From NCBI GenBank assembly GCA_963816185.1, contig CAWFJJ010000028.1:480001-544000 (forward strand): a stretch of DNA of 64,000 nt, given 5' to 3'. The DNA is from Thermoanaerobaculia bacterium. Its GTDB lineage: Bacteria; Acidobacteriota; Thermoanaerobaculia; UBA5066. This document shows, piece after piece, positions 63,204 through 64,000 of this stretch; the stretch's first letter is position 1; the number at the start of each line of letters is the position of its first letter. The position numbers were made by a program, and so were the translations under genes. The notes under the pieces are model-generated. The model was given only the letters and a program-made list of their open reading frames with translations, had not been told where the DNA came from and searched no databases.

Positions 63204-63964
63204 CCGGGGGTCCCGCCTTTCTTCAGGAATGCCGAGATGAGGTCCATCGGCAGCGGGAAGAGGATCGTGGAATTCTTCTCCGTAGCGATCTCCGTGAGCG
63301 TCTGGAGGTAGCGGAGCTGGAGCGTCGCAGGCTCGCGGCCGATGATCGCTGCGGCCTCGGAAAGCTGCTTGGCAGCCTCGAACTCGCCGGAGGCGTGAAT
63401 GATCTTCGCACGCTTCTCACGCTCGGCCTCGGCCTGCTTCGCCATGGCGCGCTGCATCTCGATCGGGAGGTCGACGCCCTTCAGCTCGACCATCGTCACC
63501 TTGATGCCCCAGGGGTCCGTGTGCTTGTCGAGGATTTCCTGGAGGTTCTCGTTCAGCTTGTCGCGCGAGGAGAGCAGCTCGTCGAGCGTGGCCTGGCCGA
63601 GGATCGAGCGGAGCGTCGTCTGGGAGAGCTGCGACGTCGCGTACAGGTAGTTCTCGACCTTCACGACGGCCTTCGCCGGGTCCATGACGTGGAAGTAAAC
63701 GACCGCGTTCACCTTCACGGACACGTTGTCCCGCGTGATGACGTCCTGCGGCGGCACGTCGAGAACCACCGTGCGAAGGGAAATGCGGATCATCGTCTCG
63801 AACGGCCAGAAGATGAGCGTGAGACCGGGCCCCTTCGGGGCCGGCCCGAGGCGCCCGAGCCAGAACGTGACGGCCCGTTCGTACTCGTTCAGCACGTTGA
63901 TCCACTTCGACAGGAAAACCAGTCCGACGAAAACGATCGGGATGAGGATCGGCAGATTCGACAT
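63200..63964 (-). CDS. SPFH/band-7 (slipin) protein
   Basis: [45 protein letters not shown]. Confidence 0.96.
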   Translation of the reverse strand: MSNLPILIPIVFVGLVFLSKWINVLNEYERAVTFWLGRLGPAPKGPGLTLIFWPFETMIRISLRTVVLDVPPQDVITRDNVSVKVNAVVYFHVMDPAKAVVKVENYLYATSQLSQTTLRSILGQATLDELLSSRDKLNENLQEILDKHTDPWGIKVTMVELKGVDLPIEMQRAMAKQAEAEREKRAKIIHASGEFEAAKQLSEAAAIIGREPATLQLRYLQTLTEIATEKNSTILFPLPMDLISAFLKKGGTPG

Positions 63965-63972
63965 GAGTCTCC

Positions 63973-64000
63973 TTAAGCCCCTTTCGGAGCAGGGCGAACG
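63973..64000 (-). CDS. 3' end of an upstream gene (possibly an NfeD partner of the slipin)
   Basis: Only ...VRPAPKGA-stop is visible; the identity is inferred from the common nfeD-slipin pairing. Confidence 0.25.

Overview
GC-rich (roughly 68-70% by eye) bacterial chromosomal window. Gene content (Ser/Thr kinase-TPR proteins, PEGA kinase, propeller sensor, large secreted repeat proteins) suggests Acidobacteriota, possibly Thermoanaerobaculia; this is inference. Housekeeping blocks lie at both ends: 1-8 kb (SahR-like regulator, metK, rsmD, CCA/poly(A) polymerase-family enzyme, dnaE) and 39-64 kb (guaA, lytic transglycosylase, xerD, LeuA-like, hppD, hmgA, M16 peptidases, acyl-CoA enzymes, kinase, prfB with programmed frameshift, lnt, lipA, SPOR, SPFH). 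Between them is a ~28-31 kb accessory block: giant acyl-CoA ligase/GNAT fusion, kinase-less propeller sensor, HAD/ATPase-PRTase and archease-rtcB, 9-heme cytochrome, TetR-RND with apparent permease-TolC fusion, and an NPDIT pentapeptide-repeat protein. About ten apparent frameshifts are most likely long-read assembly errors. The most notable signals are non-coding: (1) a dispersed AT-rich motif CCTTCTAAGAAAATCTC (core TTCTWAGAA, 7 copies) inside core genes in different frames and as an intergenic inverted pair, not seen in the accessory block; (2) a 67-bp element repeated 12 kb apart with a GATG-N9-CATC palindrome placed symmetrically between divergent -10 boxes of a DosR-regulon-like gene set; (3) -10 hexamers 6-8 nt before many start codons, suggesting leaderless mRNAs; (4) a GTAG-bounded REPIN-like hairpin. 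No rRNA, tRNA, CRISPR array or transposase was recognised.
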